This document shows positions 1 through 10,525 of a stretch of 64,000 bases of DNA, one piece after another. Position 1 is the first letter of the stretch. The number at the start of each line of letters is the position of its first letter. This stretch comes from Trueperaceae bacterium (lineage in GTDB: Bacteria > Deinococcota > Deinococci > Deinococcales > Trueperaceae): NCBI GenBank assembly GCA_965213705.1, contig OZ243913.1, positions 704,001 through 768,000 on the forward strand. The letters run 5' to 3'. The notes under the pieces were generated by a model. That model had not been told where the DNA came from. It saw only the letters and a program-made list of their open reading frames with translations, and did not search any database. The position numbers and the translations under genes are program-made.

Positions 1-2
1 TG

Positions 3-401
3 CGCAGCACCGGCGGTGACGACGACTTTATCTTAGAAGGCGAAACCTCCGGCGTGGCGCTTTTGGAGTGCCGCCGCTGTTTGGAAGACGCGACGGTCCA
101 AGTTCACTCGGACTTTATCTATCTCATGATTTACCGCCCCGGCACCGAAACCCTGACGCTGCTGGAAAACGGTGCGGACGAAGAAGACACCTTGCAGTTC
201 GGCCGCCCGGAAGTGGACTTCGCCGAACTCATCACCCAACTGTTCGCCATCGACCTGCCCCTGACCGCGCTCTGCAAGGACGACTGCCGCGGCTTGTCGC
301 CGGACGGCGTCAACTTAAACGACCACCCCGAGTACGTGAGCGAAGCGCCGGGCGAAGACACGACCTCGCCCTTCGCGGCGCTCAAAGACTTCGAAGTTTG
401 A
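3..401 (+). CDS. yceD: DUF177/YceD family protein, 5'-truncated by window edge
   Basis: Open frame from base 3; motifs ECRRCL and [10 protein letters not shown]...G.NLN...PFAALK; directly upstream of rpmF. Confidence 0.85.
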   Translation, partial: RSTGGDDDFILEGETSGVALLECRRCLEDATVQVHSDFIYLMIYRPGTETLTLLENGADEEDTLQFGRPEVDFAELITQLFAIDLPLTALCKDDCRGLSPDGVNLNDHPEYVSEAPGEDTTSPFAALKDFEV

Positions 402-493
402 GGGGTTGCGGGTCCGGTTGGCGTTGCGGCGCGGTCGTCTGCTATACTGCTACGGTTTGTGTCTCACAGGGCACGTGTAAAAGGAGTTTTTCA

Positions 494-682
494 ATGGCAA
501 AACATCCGGTTCCCAAAAAGCGCACCTCAAAAGCGCGCCGCGACTCGCGCCGCGCGCACGATAACTTAAGCGCTCCCAGCCTCACCGCTTGCGCGCAGTG
601 CGGCGAGATGAAGCTGTCTCACACGGTTTGCCCGCACTGCGGCAGCTACAAGGGCAGGGACGTTCTCGACATCGAGGCGTAA
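494..682 (+). CDS. rpmF: 50S ribosomal protein L32
   Basis: [22 protein letters not shown]...CAQCG...[18 protein letters not shown] upstream; possible extended -10 TGcTATACT at 440-448. Confidence 0.97.
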   Translation: MAKHPVPKKRTSKARRDSRRAHDNLSAPSLTACAQCGEMKLSHTVCPHCGSYKGRDVLDIEA

Positions 683-729
683 CCGTGGCGCAAACCGGCC
701 GTCAGGCCGGAAGTCTGAAATAGGCTTAG

Positions 730-762
730 AATAGGACTGCTGAGAAGCGGTCTTATTTTTTT
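730..762 (+). terminator. Intrinsic terminator after rpmF
   Basis: Stem AATAGGACTGC / GCGGTCTTATT (G-U pairs) followed by a T run. Confidence 0.65.
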
Positions 763-805
763 GTCTCGAGGCAGGTTGACGGGTGGTTTTTGTGGACGTG
801 ACAGC

Positions 806-1792
806 ATGAGCATGGCGAGGGCGGGCGTGACCGCGCTGGGCGCTTACGCCCCGGCCAAAACGGTGTCGAACGCGGACTTAGAACAGTTGATGGACACGAG
901 CGACGAGTGGATAACCTCGCGGACCGGCATCAAAAACCGGCACGTGTCGGCCGACGACGAGTTCACCTCGACCTTGGCGTTCAGGGCGGTCGAGAACCTG
1001 CTGGCGCGGCACGGCGCGGACGCGCTGCAAGGGGTGGACTTGGTCGTCGTGGCGACCAACACGCCGGACGCCTTTTTCCCGGCCACGGCGGCGCTCGTGC
1101 AGGAGCGTTTCAAGCTCACGGCGGGCGTGTTCGACGTGCTTACCGCTTGTTCGGGCTGGCTCTACGCGCTCGCGACCGCCAAGGCTTATGTCGAGTCGGG
1201 GATGTGCCGCAAAGTGCTGACCATCGGGGCGGAAACCCTGACGAAGTTTTTGGACTGGAGCGACCGGAGCACCGCTATCTTGTTCGGCGACGGGGCGGGC
1301 GCGGCCGTCGTGGAACGCGTGCCGGAACCCTACGGGTTCAAGTCGTTCGTGTTGGGGGCGGACGGCTCCGGGGCCAAGCACCTGAACGTCGGGGCCGTCG
1401 CGCCGCACCTGCCCGACGGTACCCCCATCACCGGCAAGGTCTACCAAAACGGTCCCGAGGTGTTCAAGTTCGCGGTGCGGGTCATGCAGACCGCCTCCCT
1501 GGAGGCAATTCAAGCGGCCGAGCTGACGCCCAAAGACATCAGCTTGTTCGTGCCGCACCAGGCGAACCTGCGCATTATCAAGGCGGCTCGAGAACGCCTC
1601 GAGCTGAGCGAGGACCGCGTCGTCGTGACCATCCAGGAGTACGGCAACAACTCGACGGCCAGCATTCCCCTGGCGCTGAAACACGCGCTCGACGACGGCC
1701 GTATACAAGACGGCGACAACTTGCTGCTCGTCGCTTTCGGCGGCGGTTTGTCCTGGGGGGCGACGGTGCTCACCTGGGGGGGCGGTTCATGA
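806..1792 (+). CDS. fabH: 3-oxoacyl-ACP synthase III
   Basis: DTSDEWITSRTGI, ACSG, FVPHQANLRII, YGNNSTASIP, FGGGLSWG; start at 806 or 812. Confidence 0.95.
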   Translation: MSMARAGVTALGAYAPAKTVSNADLEQLMDTSDEWITSRTGIKNRHVSADDEFTSTLAFRAVENLLARHGADALQGVDLVVVATNTPDAFFPATAALVQERFKLTAGVFDVLTACSGWLYALATAKAYVESGMCRKVLTIGAETLTKFLDWSDRSTAILFGDGAGAAVVERVPEPYGFKSFVLGADGSGAKHLNVGAVAPHLPDGTPITGKVYQNGPEVFKFAVRVMQTASLEAIQAAELTPKDISLFVPHQANLRIIKAARERLELSEDRVVVTIQEYGNNSTASIPLALKHALDDGRIQDGDNLLLVAFGGGLSWGATVLTWGGGS

Positions 1793-2700
1793 TAGCCGCC
1801 CTGTTTCCCGGCCAGAACTCGCAAACCCTGGGCATGGCTAGAGACTTTTACGAATCTTCCGGGGCAGCGCGGCGCGTGTTGGACCGTTCGGAGGCCGCGC
1901 TGCCGGGCTTGTTAGAAATCATGTGGAACGGTCCCGAAGACGCCCTCAAACTCACCGCCAACCAGCAGCCCGCGCTGGTCGCGGCGGGAATGGCTGCCTA
2001 CGCGGCTTACTGCGAAGCCGGGGGCGACGCGGTCTACGCCGCCGGGCACAGCCTGGGCGAGTTTACAGCGCACGTGGCGGCGGGCTCGCTCGAGCTGGGC
2101 GACGCCCTCAAACTGGTGCGCAAGCGCGGCGAGTACATGCAAGAGGCGGTGCCCGCGGGCGTCGGCGCGATGGCGGCGGTGCTCAAGCTGGACCCGGCAA
2201 CGGTCGAGCGGGTGTGCGCGCAAACCGGTGGCGTCGAAATCGCCAACCTCAACTCGCCCCAACAAACCGTGATTTCGGGCGCGGCGGCGGCGGTCACGGC
2301 GGCGAGCGACGCGCTCAAACGAGAGGGCGCGCGCGTCGTTCCGCTTAAAGTCTCCGCGCCCTTCCACTGCAGCCTCATGCGGCCCGCAGCCGACCGGCTC
2401 GAGCGCGACTTGAACGCGCTTACCTTCCAAGCGCCGAAGTTGAGCATCGTCTGCAACGTCACCGCGGACGTGCTCGCCGACCCGGCACAAGCACCCGACT
2501 TGCTGACACGCCAAGTCACCGCGCCGGTGCGCTGGGTCGAGAGCGTGCAGCGCTTGCACGCTCTCGGCGTCACCAGGTTTTTAGAGTTCGGCTCGGGGTC
2601 GGTGCTGACCGGCCTCGTCGGGCGGATTTTGGACGATGTAGAGGCGCGGGCCGTCACCGACACGGCGTCACTGCGAGCCTCACTGGAGGTGGCGTCATGA
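1789..2700 (+). CDS. fabD: Malonyl-CoA:ACP transacylase
   Basis: MIAALFPGQNSQ, AGHSLGEF, SAPFHC; ATGA overlap with fabH. Confidence 0.95.
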   Translation: MIAALFPGQNSQTLGMARDFYESSGAARRVLDRSEAALPGLLEIMWNGPEDALKLTANQQPALVAAGMAAYAAYCEAGGDAVYAAGHSLGEFTAHVAAGSLELGDALKLVRKRGEYMQEAVPAGVGAMAAVLKLDPATVERVCAQTGGVEIANLNSPQQTVISGAAAAVTAASDALKREGARVVPLKVSAPFHCSLMRPAADRLERDLNALTFQAPKLSIVCNVTADVLADPAQAPDLLTRQVTAPVRWVESVQRLHALGVTRFLEFGSGSVLTGLVGRILDDVEARAVTDTASLRASLEVAS

Positions 2701-3461
2701 CGCAGCAAACGGCGCAAGGTGAAACCCCGCGCGTCGCGCTGGTGACGGGCTCGTCGCGGGGGCTGGGCCGGGCGATGGCGCTGGCCTTGGGCGCGCAGGG
2801 GTGCGCGGTCGCGGTGCACTACGGTCGTTCCGAAGGCCCGGCGCAAGAAGTGGCTGAAGCGCTGCGCGCCGTAGGCGCACGCGCCGCCGTGTTCGGCGCG
2901 GACGTCTCGAGCGCTGCCGCCTGTCAAGACTTAGTCAAAGCTGTGAGCGAGGAACTCGGCGGTTTGGACATTCTGGTCAACAACGCGGGCATCACCAGGG
3001 ACGGGCTGGTCTTGCGCATGAAAGAAGACGACTGGGACATGGTGCTCAAGACCAACCTCTCGAGCGCTTTTCACCTCTCCAAAACTGCGCTGCGCCCCAT
3101 GTTGCGGGCCGGCTGGGGCCGCATCGTCAACATCTCGTCGGTGGTGGGTTTGACGGGCAACGCGGGCCAGGCCAACTACGTCGCGGCCAAGGCGGGCTTG
3201 GTCGGCCTCACCAAGGCGCTCGCCAAGGAGTACGGCGGCAAAGGCGTCACCGTGAACGCCGTCGCGCCGGGATTCATCGCCTCGGACATGACCCAAGTCC
3301 TCGGGGAAGACCTCAAAAAGGCTTACCTGTCGCAGATTCCCGCGGGGCGCTTCGGGCAGCCGGAAGAGGTCGCGGCCCTGGTCGCGTTTCTGGCGAGCGA
3401 CTCGGCCGCCTACATCAACGGTCAGACGGTGGCGGTGGACGGGGGTATGGTGATGCACTAA
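2697..3461 (+). CDS. fabG: 3-oxoacyl-ACP reductase
   Basis: TGSSRGLG, NNAGITRD, GQANYVAAK. Confidence 0.95.
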   Translation: MTQQTAQGETPRVALVTGSSRGLGRAMALALGAQGCAVAVHYGRSEGPAQEVAEALRAVGARAAVFGADVSSAAACQDLVKAVSEELGGLDILVNNAGITRDGLVLRMKEDDWDMVLKTNLSSAFHLSKTALRPMLRAGWGRIVNISSVVGLTGNAGQANYVAAKAGLVGLTKALAKEYGGKGVTVNAVAPGFIASDMTQVLGEDLKKAYLSQIPAGRFGQPEEVAALVAFLASDSAAYINGQTVAVDGGMVMH

Positions 3462-3647
3462 GCGGGGGTCGGCGGCCTTTTTTGGCGCGGTCGTTCGTGC
3501 GGTCGTTCGTGCAGTGGTTCACTGAAGTCGGCCGCGTGAGGTTGGGCGGGCAGAAAGCGGTCGGGTTGCGTCTGCGAGCTTGCATGTTACACTCCCTGAG
3601 AATTTGGGCTAACATTGCCCCAGGAAAACTTTACTAGGAGGAACACC

Positions 3648-3887
3648 GTGGAACACTCAGAAGTTTTTGCCAAGATTAAAGACGTGGTCGCCGACAAACT
3701 CGACACCGACCCCGACGAAATCACCGAGAGCGCCTCGTTTGTCGACGACTTGGGCGCGGACTCGCTCGACGTGGTCGAACTCATCATGGGTTTGGAAGAC
3801 GAGTTCGGAATTGAGATAAGCGACGAAGAAGCCGAGAACATCCGCACCGTCGGCGACGCGGTGACGTTTATCTCGAGCCAGCAGTAA
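3648..3887 (+). CDS. acpP: Acyl carrier protein
   Basis: [29 protein letters not shown] before GTG at 3648. Confidence 0.96.
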   Translation: MEHSEVFAKIKDVVADKLDTDPDEITESASFVDDLGADSLDVVELIMGLEDEFGIEISDEEAENIRTVGDAVTFISSQQ

Positions 3888-3925
3888 GTCGCTCGAGCGC
3901 GCCCGTCACAAGGTAGACTAGGGCC

Positions 3926-5155
<1,230 letters not shown>

Positions 5156-5160
5156 GGGAG

Positions 5161-5299
5161 AGTACCGAGTGATGAGTACCGAGTAAAGAACAGAGGCTAA
5201 AAAGGGCTCGAGCCAGCGGCTTGTGGCGGGTGGCTTATAAAAAGCCAAAGCGACGAGACGACTCAGGTCACACTCGGTACTTTCTACTCGGTACTTTTC
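5161..5299. repeat. Inverted pair of 7-bp-period AGTACCG tandem arrays
   Basis: AGTACCG AGTGATG AGTACCG AGTAAAG at 5161-5188 and the reverse-complement array ACTCGGTACTTTCTACTCGGTACTTTT at 5272-5298. Confidence 0.8.
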
Positions 5300-5400
5300 A
5301 CCCGTGCCCGGCAATAGTAGGTTGCCTCCTAAACATTCGGTTTGGGGTCGCGTAGGCTTGCACTTGCCTACAAACGGCTACAAATCTTTAAGGGGGCAGT

Positions 5401-6276
5401 ATGTTTTACCACGACAGCAAGTTACAGTACACGGTCCGGGTGGACACGCCGAACCCGCTGTTCGCCAAGGCGCTTCAACAGGCCATCGGCGGCATCGAGG
5501 GCGAAATCCGGGTGATGATGCAGTACCTGTTCCAGGCCTTCGGGTCGCGCGGCCCGACCAAATACCGGGACATGCTCCTAGAAACCGGCACCGAGGAGAT
5601 GGGCCACGTCGAAATGCTCGCCACGGCCGTCGCCATGAACTTAGAAGGCGCGCCGACGAGTTTCAAAGAGGACGCCGCCAAAGACGGAGCCGTCGAAGCC
5701 GTGTTGGGCGGCATGAACCTCCGCCACATCTTGTCTTCGGGTTTGGGCGCAATGCCGGTCAACTCTAACGGCGTCCCGTTCGACTGCTCACACGTCTACG
5801 CGACCGGCAACATCGCCGCCGACATGTACGCCAACGTCACCGCCGAGTCGGGCGGGCGCGCGCTGGCGGTGCGCCTTTACAACATGACCGACGACCCCGG
5901 TATGAAGGACATGCTCAAGTTCTTGATCGCCCGCGACACTATGCACCAAGAGCAGTGGCTGGCCGTGTTGGAAGAACTCGGCGGCCCTAAAAACCACCCC
6001 ATTCCCAACTCGTTCCCGCAAGAAGAAGAGCTGCAGGACTACAACTACGTGTTCCTGGGCTTCAAAAAAGATGGCTCCGAACCGCCGCAGGGCCGCTGGT
6101 CGAGCGGGCCGTCCATCGACGGGCGCAGTGAATTCAGCAGCCGCGTCATGACGCCGCAGGGCCAAGAGCCCAAGCTCGCGCCGCCCAAGCCGGGCACGGG
6201 CGCGCAAAAAGAGCAGATGACGGGGCCGGGGTTGGTCGACAAGGCCGTCACCGTGGTTCAGGAGATTCTCGAGTAG
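5401..6276 (+). CDS. Manganese catalase family protein
   Basis: GEIRVMMQY, TEEMGHVEM, NVTAESGGR, FLIARDTMHQ motifs. Confidence 0.93.
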   Translation: MFYHDSKLQYTVRVDTPNPLFAKALQQAIGGIEGEIRVMMQYLFQAFGSRGPTKYRDMLLETGTEEMGHVEMLATAVAMNLEGAPTSFKEDAAKDGAVEAVLGGMNLRHILSSGLGAMPVNSNGVPFDCSHVYATGNIAADMYANVTAESGGRALAVRLYNMTDDPGMKDMLKFLIARDTMHQEQWLAVLEELGGPKNHPIPNSFPQEEELQDYNYVFLGFKKDGSEPPQGRWSSGPSIDGRSEFSSRVMTPQGQEPKLAPPKPGTGAQKEQMTGPGLVDKAVTVVQEILE

Positions 6277-6344
6277 AACCTGAGGTCGTCGACACGCTGG
6301 GTTCGTAATCCGGCGTGTCGACGACTTGCAACAAGGGGGGAAGT

Positions 6345-6734
6345 ATGCGTTTTATACCGACGAGTGTTCACGGCGTTTTGGACTACCTGACGGGCGCTTT
6401 GCTGATCGTCATGCCCTGGCTTTTCGGTTTTGCGTTGGGAGGCGCGGAAACCTGGGTCCCGGTCGTGCTGGGGGCGGGTGTCATCCTTTACAGTTTATTA
6501 ACGAACTACGAACTTGGCGCGGTGCGGGCGCTGAGCATGAGCGCGCACCTCGGACTGGACGCCGCGGGCGGTCTTTTACTCGCCGTTTCGCCCTGGCTTT
6601 TCGGCTTCAGCGACGTCGTCTTTTGGCCTCACCTCATCGTCGGGCTGTTTGAAATCGGGGCCGCCCTAACAACCCGTACGACGCCGTACCGAGCCAGTGC
6701 TAGGGACGAACCCTATCGACAACCGCGCACTTAA
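6345..6734 (+). CDS. SPW-repeat membrane protein
   Basis: HGVLDY...MPWLFGF and SPWLFGF repeats; hydrophobic. Confidence 0.8.
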   Translation: MRFIPTSVHGVLDYLTGALLIVMPWLFGFALGGAETWVPVVLGAGVILYSLLTNYELGAVRALSMSAHLGLDAAGGLLLAVSPWLFGFSDVVFWPHLIVGLFEIGAALTTRTTPYRASARDEPYRQPRT

Positions 6735-7203
6735 TCCGGCTCACCTGCAGCGGCGAACGCTTCGGATTGGCTTCGTCCTCGGGGTGGGTTTGATAGGTAC
6801 GCTCGACGGCACGGTCGTTCACGAACTGTTCCAGTGGCACCGCTTTTACGTCCACACGACCGAGTTTTGGCGCGTCTTTATCGACGGGCTGTTTCACTTG
6901 GGCTCGGCGTTGCTGCTGTTCGTCGGCGCCCTTCAGCTGTGGCGGCAACGCGAAAGGTTGGCCGCCCTGCAAGACGGCGGCGCGGCCCTGGGCGCAGGTG
7001 TGCTGTTGGGCATGGGCGCGTTCAACCTTTACGACGGCGTCGTTCAACACAAAATCCTCAGACTCCACCCGGTGCGGCTCGGGATCGAAAACCAACTGCC
7101 CTACGACCTCGCTTGGAACGCGGTCGCCGTTCTCCTGCTACTTGTGGGTTGGGCTTTGTGGCGCGTGGCGAAGCGGCGGGTGGCTGCTTCTCGGCCCGCT
7201 TAG
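6697..7203 (+). CDS. DUF2243-family membrane protein
   Basis: DGTVVHELFQWH, DGLFH, FNLYDGVVQHKILRLH motifs. Confidence 0.8.
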   Translation: MLGTNPIDNRALNPAHLQRRTLRIGFVLGVGLIGTLDGTVVHELFQWHRFYVHTTEFWRVFIDGLFHLGSALLLFVGALQLWRQRERLAALQDGGAALGAGVLLGMGAFNLYDGVVQHKILRLHPVRLGIENQLPYDLAWNAVAVLLLLVGWALWRVAKRRVAASRPA

Positions 7204-7316
7204 AAACCAGACCTTTTCGTCTCGGCGAGACGGCGACGCGAGTCGGCCTCACCGTCGCTCGAGGGCGCTGTTTAAAACTTGAGAGTTCAGGGGCTCGAGG
7301 CCCCGAAAGGAACCGA

Positions 7317-8516
7317 ATGACTACAAACAAGACGCGTGTTTACCCACTTGCGGGTGTGGCCGTGTTCGCCCTTCTCGCCGCCTGCGCTCCGGCAGCCGGG
7401 TCCGGCGCGAACACCGCCGCAACCTTGCCGCAACGGCGCGCCGCCGGGCCGGCCGAGGTGGTCGCAACTTTTCCCGAACTCATGCCGACCGGCGTTACCG
7501 TCGCCGCCGACGGCCGCACCTTTGTCAACTTTCCCCGCTGGGAAGAGGGTGTGCCCTACACCGTCGCGGAACTTGTCGACGGTCAAACCGTACCTTACCC
7601 CGACCTGGAAACCAATCGGCTTATTGAAACTGCGCCGGACACGCACTTCATCTCGGTGCAGAGCGTCGTGGTCGGCCCCGACAACCGGCTGTGGGTGCTC
7701 GACACCGGGCGGCCCCTCTTCAACACGCCGCCGGTCGGCCCCAAACTGGTCGCCATCAATTTGGACACCAACCAAATCGAACAAACCATTTCCTTCGGCA
7801 ACAGCGCCGCCGTTCTGGACACGACCTACCTAAACGACGTGCGCTTCGACCTGCGCAGCGGCGCGGCAGGGACGGCGTTCATCACCGACTCTTCCTCGCT
7901 GGGGCCGAACGCCCTCATCGTGGTCGACCTGGCGACGGGTGAGGCGTTCCGGCAGCTCGAGGGCGACCCGTCGGTGAGTGCCGTGCCGAACTTTTTGCCC
8001 GTCGTCGAGGGCCGGGTGCTCCTGAGCGACCCCGCCGACGCGCCGCCGAGCTACCTGGGCCTCGGGGCCGACGGGATTGCGATTACCGCCGACGCGCTCT
8101 TTTACCGTCCGCTGGCGAGTCGTCACCTCTACAGCGTACCGCTGGACCTGCTCGCCGACCCTGGAACCGACCCGCAAACCTTGGCAAGTGCGGTCACCGA
8201 CTACGGCGACCTGGGCTTCGCCTCGGACGGCCTCGAGTCCGACACCCTGGGCCGTGTCTACCTCACGAACTACGAGGACGGCGCGGTCCTTCGCTTTACG
8301 CCGGACGCGCCGCTCGGCGACCGCTTCGAGACGCTGCTTTACAATGCGGTCGTCATCTGGCCCGACACGCTCTCGCTGGCGGCGGACGGCTCGCTGTACT
8401 TGACGGTCAACCAACTCAACCGCCAGCCGACGTATCACAACGGCGAGGACCTGCGCCGACCGCCTTACAAGCTGATTCGCATCGCCACCGACGCGGAGCC
8501 GGTGCGCTTGCAGTAG
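7317..8516 (+). CDS. Major royal jelly protein / L-dopachrome tautomerase-related lipoprotein (6-bladed propeller)
   Basis: Lipobox LAAC; PTGVTV, FVNFPRW, SVQSVV, LWVLDTG, YLNDVRFD, GADGIA, WPDT. Confidence 0.88.
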   Translation: MTTNKTRVYPLAGVAVFALLAACAPAAGSGANTAATLPQRRAAGPAEVVATFPELMPTGVTVAADGRTFVNFPRWEEGVPYTVAELVDGQTVPYPDLETNRLIETAPDTHFISVQSVVVGPDNRLWVLDTGRPLFNTPPVGPKLVAINLDTNQIEQTISFGNSAAVLDTTYLNDVRFDLRSGAAGTAFITDSSSLGPNALIVVDLATGEAFRQLEGDPSVSAVPNFLPVVEGRVLLSDPADAPPSYLGLGADGIAITADALFYRPLASRHLYSVPLDLLADPGTDPQTLASAVTDYGDLGFASDGLESDTLGRVYLTNYEDGAVLRFTPDAPLGDRFETLLYNAVVIWPDTLSLAADGSLYLTVNQLNRQPTYHNGEDLRRPPYKLIRIATDAEPVRLQ

Positions 8517-8532
8517 GACTTGCAATAGGAGA

Positions 8533-8559
8533 TGTAGAGGCGCAAGACGCGCCTCTACA
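8533..8559. repeat. GTAG-type REP-like hairpin
   Basis: TGTAGAGGCGC-AAGAC-GCGCCTCTACA, perfect 11-bp stem just downstream of a stop codon. Confidence 0.65.
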
Positions 8560-8600
8560 AATTTTTACTCGAGGCCGTGCTTACGCTTCAAACTCTCAAC

Positions 8601-8995
8601 CGAGACGATTACACCGAAGCCAACCGGGCGATGTGAAACGGCGAGCATTTATGCAGGTCTCAAGATGGAAGGTCTGCTCGCCGCCGTCCAAAAACCCGAC
8701 TGCAGCACGCTGGACGCGCTCGAGCAGCGCGTCTTCGCTTTGCTCGGCGTCGTGGGTAAGACGGTCGCCCAACTGAGTTGCAACAACGACCGCGAACCGC
8801 TGTCGCTCGCCAAGCTCGGGGCGGCGCGCTGTGTCGGCTTCGACAGCAGCGACGCGTTTGCAGAGCAAGGTAAGCTGCTGGTGGAAACGGGCAGTTTGGC
8901 CGCCGAGTTCTCGCGCGCGAGCGTCTACAGACATCCCGCACGCGTTTGACGACAGCTTCGACATCGTTTACGTCACCGTCGGCACGCTAGTCCAA
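8601..8995 (+). pseudogene. Degraded class I SAM-dependent methyltransferase
   Basis: Fragments in three frames: YTEANRAM* (TGA 8634-8636 where Trp is expected), GKTVAQLSCNN...LGAARCVGFD (8665-8949), DIPHAFDDSFDIVYVTVGTL (frame of ORF 8831); C-terminal half missing. Confidence 0.75.
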
Positions 8996-9089
8996 GTCCT
9001 CGAGCCTGACCCAATCGTCTTCGACGGGACACGTGGTGATGCCGTCAAGAACGCAACCCCCACGTCTGACGTACCAAAAAATTGCTCAA

Positions 9090-9452
9090 CTACTCCTGAA
9101 ACGCCCGCCGCGCCGCCTCGACGTCCGAAAAGTGTGCCACCGTCCATCCGCCCAGCGCCCGAATCGGCTCGACCAGGGTTAAACCCAAGGGGCTGAGGGC
9201 ATACACCACCTTGGGTGGAATTTCCGGATGGTGCTCTCTCGTCACCAGCCCGTTGCGCTCTAAATCTCTGAGTGTCTTTGTGAGCATTTTTTGTGAGATG
9301 TCGCCAAGCTCCCGCATCAGTTCGCCGTGCCTTTTCTCTTCGTTTGACAAAGACGCCAGGACGAGTAGCGCCCACCGGTTGGCGAGCATCTTGAAAACTT
9401 TCCTGGAGGGGCACTTGGGGTTGAGCACGTTCGGCGTGGGGGTATCAAGCAT
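9090..9452 (-). CDS. HxlR-family winged-helix transcriptional regulator
   Basis: CPSR..LANRWALLVL, ISQKMLTKTLRDLERNGLV.R...PEIPPKVVYALSPLG. Confidence 0.92.
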   Translation of the reverse strand: MLDTPTPNVLNPKCPSRKVFKMLANRWALLVLASLSNEEKRHGELMRELGDISQKMLTKTLRDLERNGLVTREHHPEIPPKVVYALSPLGLTLVEPIRALGGWTVAHFSDVEAARRAFQE

Positions 9453-9474
9453 AACCGTAGCTTAGCAAAAGAAG

Positions 9475-9555
9475 CAAGGCACTTTTTTATCCTATAGAAC
9501 CAGGCAGTGCCAAGGCTACTTGTTTCCCTAGAGCGGGTTTCTTAGGGTAAGTGGC
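9475..9555. promoter_or_regulatory. Putative HxlR operator boxes in the divergent promoter
   Basis: Imperfect direct repeats CAAGGCACTTTTTTATCCTATAG (9475-9497) and CAAGGCTACTTGTTTCCCTAGAG (9511-9533), plus an inverted partial copy TAGGGTAAGTGGC (9543-9555). Confidence 0.4.
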
Positions 9556-9599
9556 AGGTCGTTATGCGGCCTTACATTTCACGTTTAGGAGTCGCTTTT

Positions 9600-10157
9600 A
9601 TGAAAAAGATACTCGGTCTCGTTGCTCTTTTCACCCTCGTTACCCTGAGTTGGGCGCAGTCCCCCGCAGACCTGTCGGGTCGGTGGACAAGCCCTACCTG
9701 CGAAGACATAGGTAACGGTCTTTACCTCACACGTGAGTTTGAGCTTAGCGACACCCTGTGGTCCATCGGCTTCACCCTGTACGCCGATGAAGCCTGCACG
9801 GTCGGTCTGGCCCAGGGGCGTAACGAAGGCATCTATAACTTGGGTGCCGAATCCGCAGGTGGGCGTGAAGGCAACTTCGGTTTCAGCAAAAAGTACCACA
9901 CCCCGCTCGTCGCCGACTTCGTCACGGCTTTCGGCGACGCGGGGTGCGGTTCGGCTCCCTGGGAACTAGGCGTCGAGCAAGGCATCAGCAGCACCGGCTG
10001 TCCCGCGACGGGCACGCCCGCTATCGTTGAATGCCCTGTGGAGTACGACCTCGTCAAGCTCGAGGACGACCTGCTCTACTTCGGTGAGCGCTCAGGCGGG
10101 ATGTGCGACGCCGACAACCGCACGAACACGTTCGGTCTACCCGTCCAGAAACAGTAG
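9600..10157 (+). CDS. Secreted single-domain APCDD1-like protein
   Basis: Signal peptide MKKILGLVALFTLVTLSWA; pattern L.G.W.S..CE, LYLTR.F, Y.D..C, G.Y..G, GG.E..F, TP, CG...W..G..Q, GC...G, EY.L.K, LYFG.R matches the APCDD1 domain as I recall it; six Cys. Confidence 0.75.
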   Translation: MKKILGLVALFTLVTLSWAQSPADLSGRWTSPTCEDIGNGLYLTREFELSDTLWSIGFTLYADEACTVGLAQGRNEGIYNLGAESAGGREGNFGFSKKYHTPLVADFVTAFGDAGCGSAPWELGVEQGISSTGCPATGTPAIVECPVEYDLVKLEDDLLYFGERSGGMCDADNRTNTFGLPVQKQ

Positions 10158-10208
10158 TCGGACACGCAAGAAACGACATCGTCACAAAAATTACCGGAGG
10201 AGACAGTC

Positions 10209-10517
10209 GTGCATATTCGCCTCGTACGCTTGAGCGTCAAGCTCGAGTCCGTCAATGCTTTCCTCAAAGCGAGCGGCGAGAATGTGGGGAAGACGGTGCT
10301 CGAGGCGGGCGTCGTCCGCTTCGACCTGCTTCAGGAGCAAGACGACCCGACGACCTTTGTGGTGGTCGAGGTTTATGCGAGTGACGCGGCGAGGCTCGCT
10401 CACTTTGAAACCGAGGCGTTTCGGGTTTGGAGGGAGAAAACGGCCCCGATGCTGGAAAGTTTTAGCTCAACTCAGTACGTGAGGCCGGTAGAGAGCCTCA
10501 AAAGCCTGAGCGCTTAA
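10209..10517 (+). CDS. Antibiotic biosynthesis monooxygenase (ABM, LsrG/YgiN-like)
   Basis: EAGVVRFDLLQ...PTTFVVVEVY...AHFET; GGAGG RBS. Confidence 0.85.
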   Translation: MHIRLVRLSVKLESVNAFLKASGENVGKTVLEAGVVRFDLLQEQDDPTTFVVVEVYASDAARLAHFETEAFRVWREKTAPMLESFSSTQYVRPVESLKSLSA

Positions 10518-10525
10518 GAGCCCAC

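Noticed and set aside
682..806. Absence of plsX between rpmF and fabH
   Set aside because: Matches the gene order I recall for Deinococcus-Thermus; not anomalous
907..1788. Long 5' extensions of ORFs in the track (907-2700, 6834-8516, 14938, 15861, 17849, 20511-22955, 27427)
   Set aside because: Open alternative frames typical of high-GC DNA overlapping real upstream genes; true starts are supported by RBS and stop/start overlaps
3487..3522. 12-bp tandem repeat GCGGTCGTTCGT x2 plus a degenerate third copy
   Set aside because: Short local slippage duplication with no other copy seen in the window
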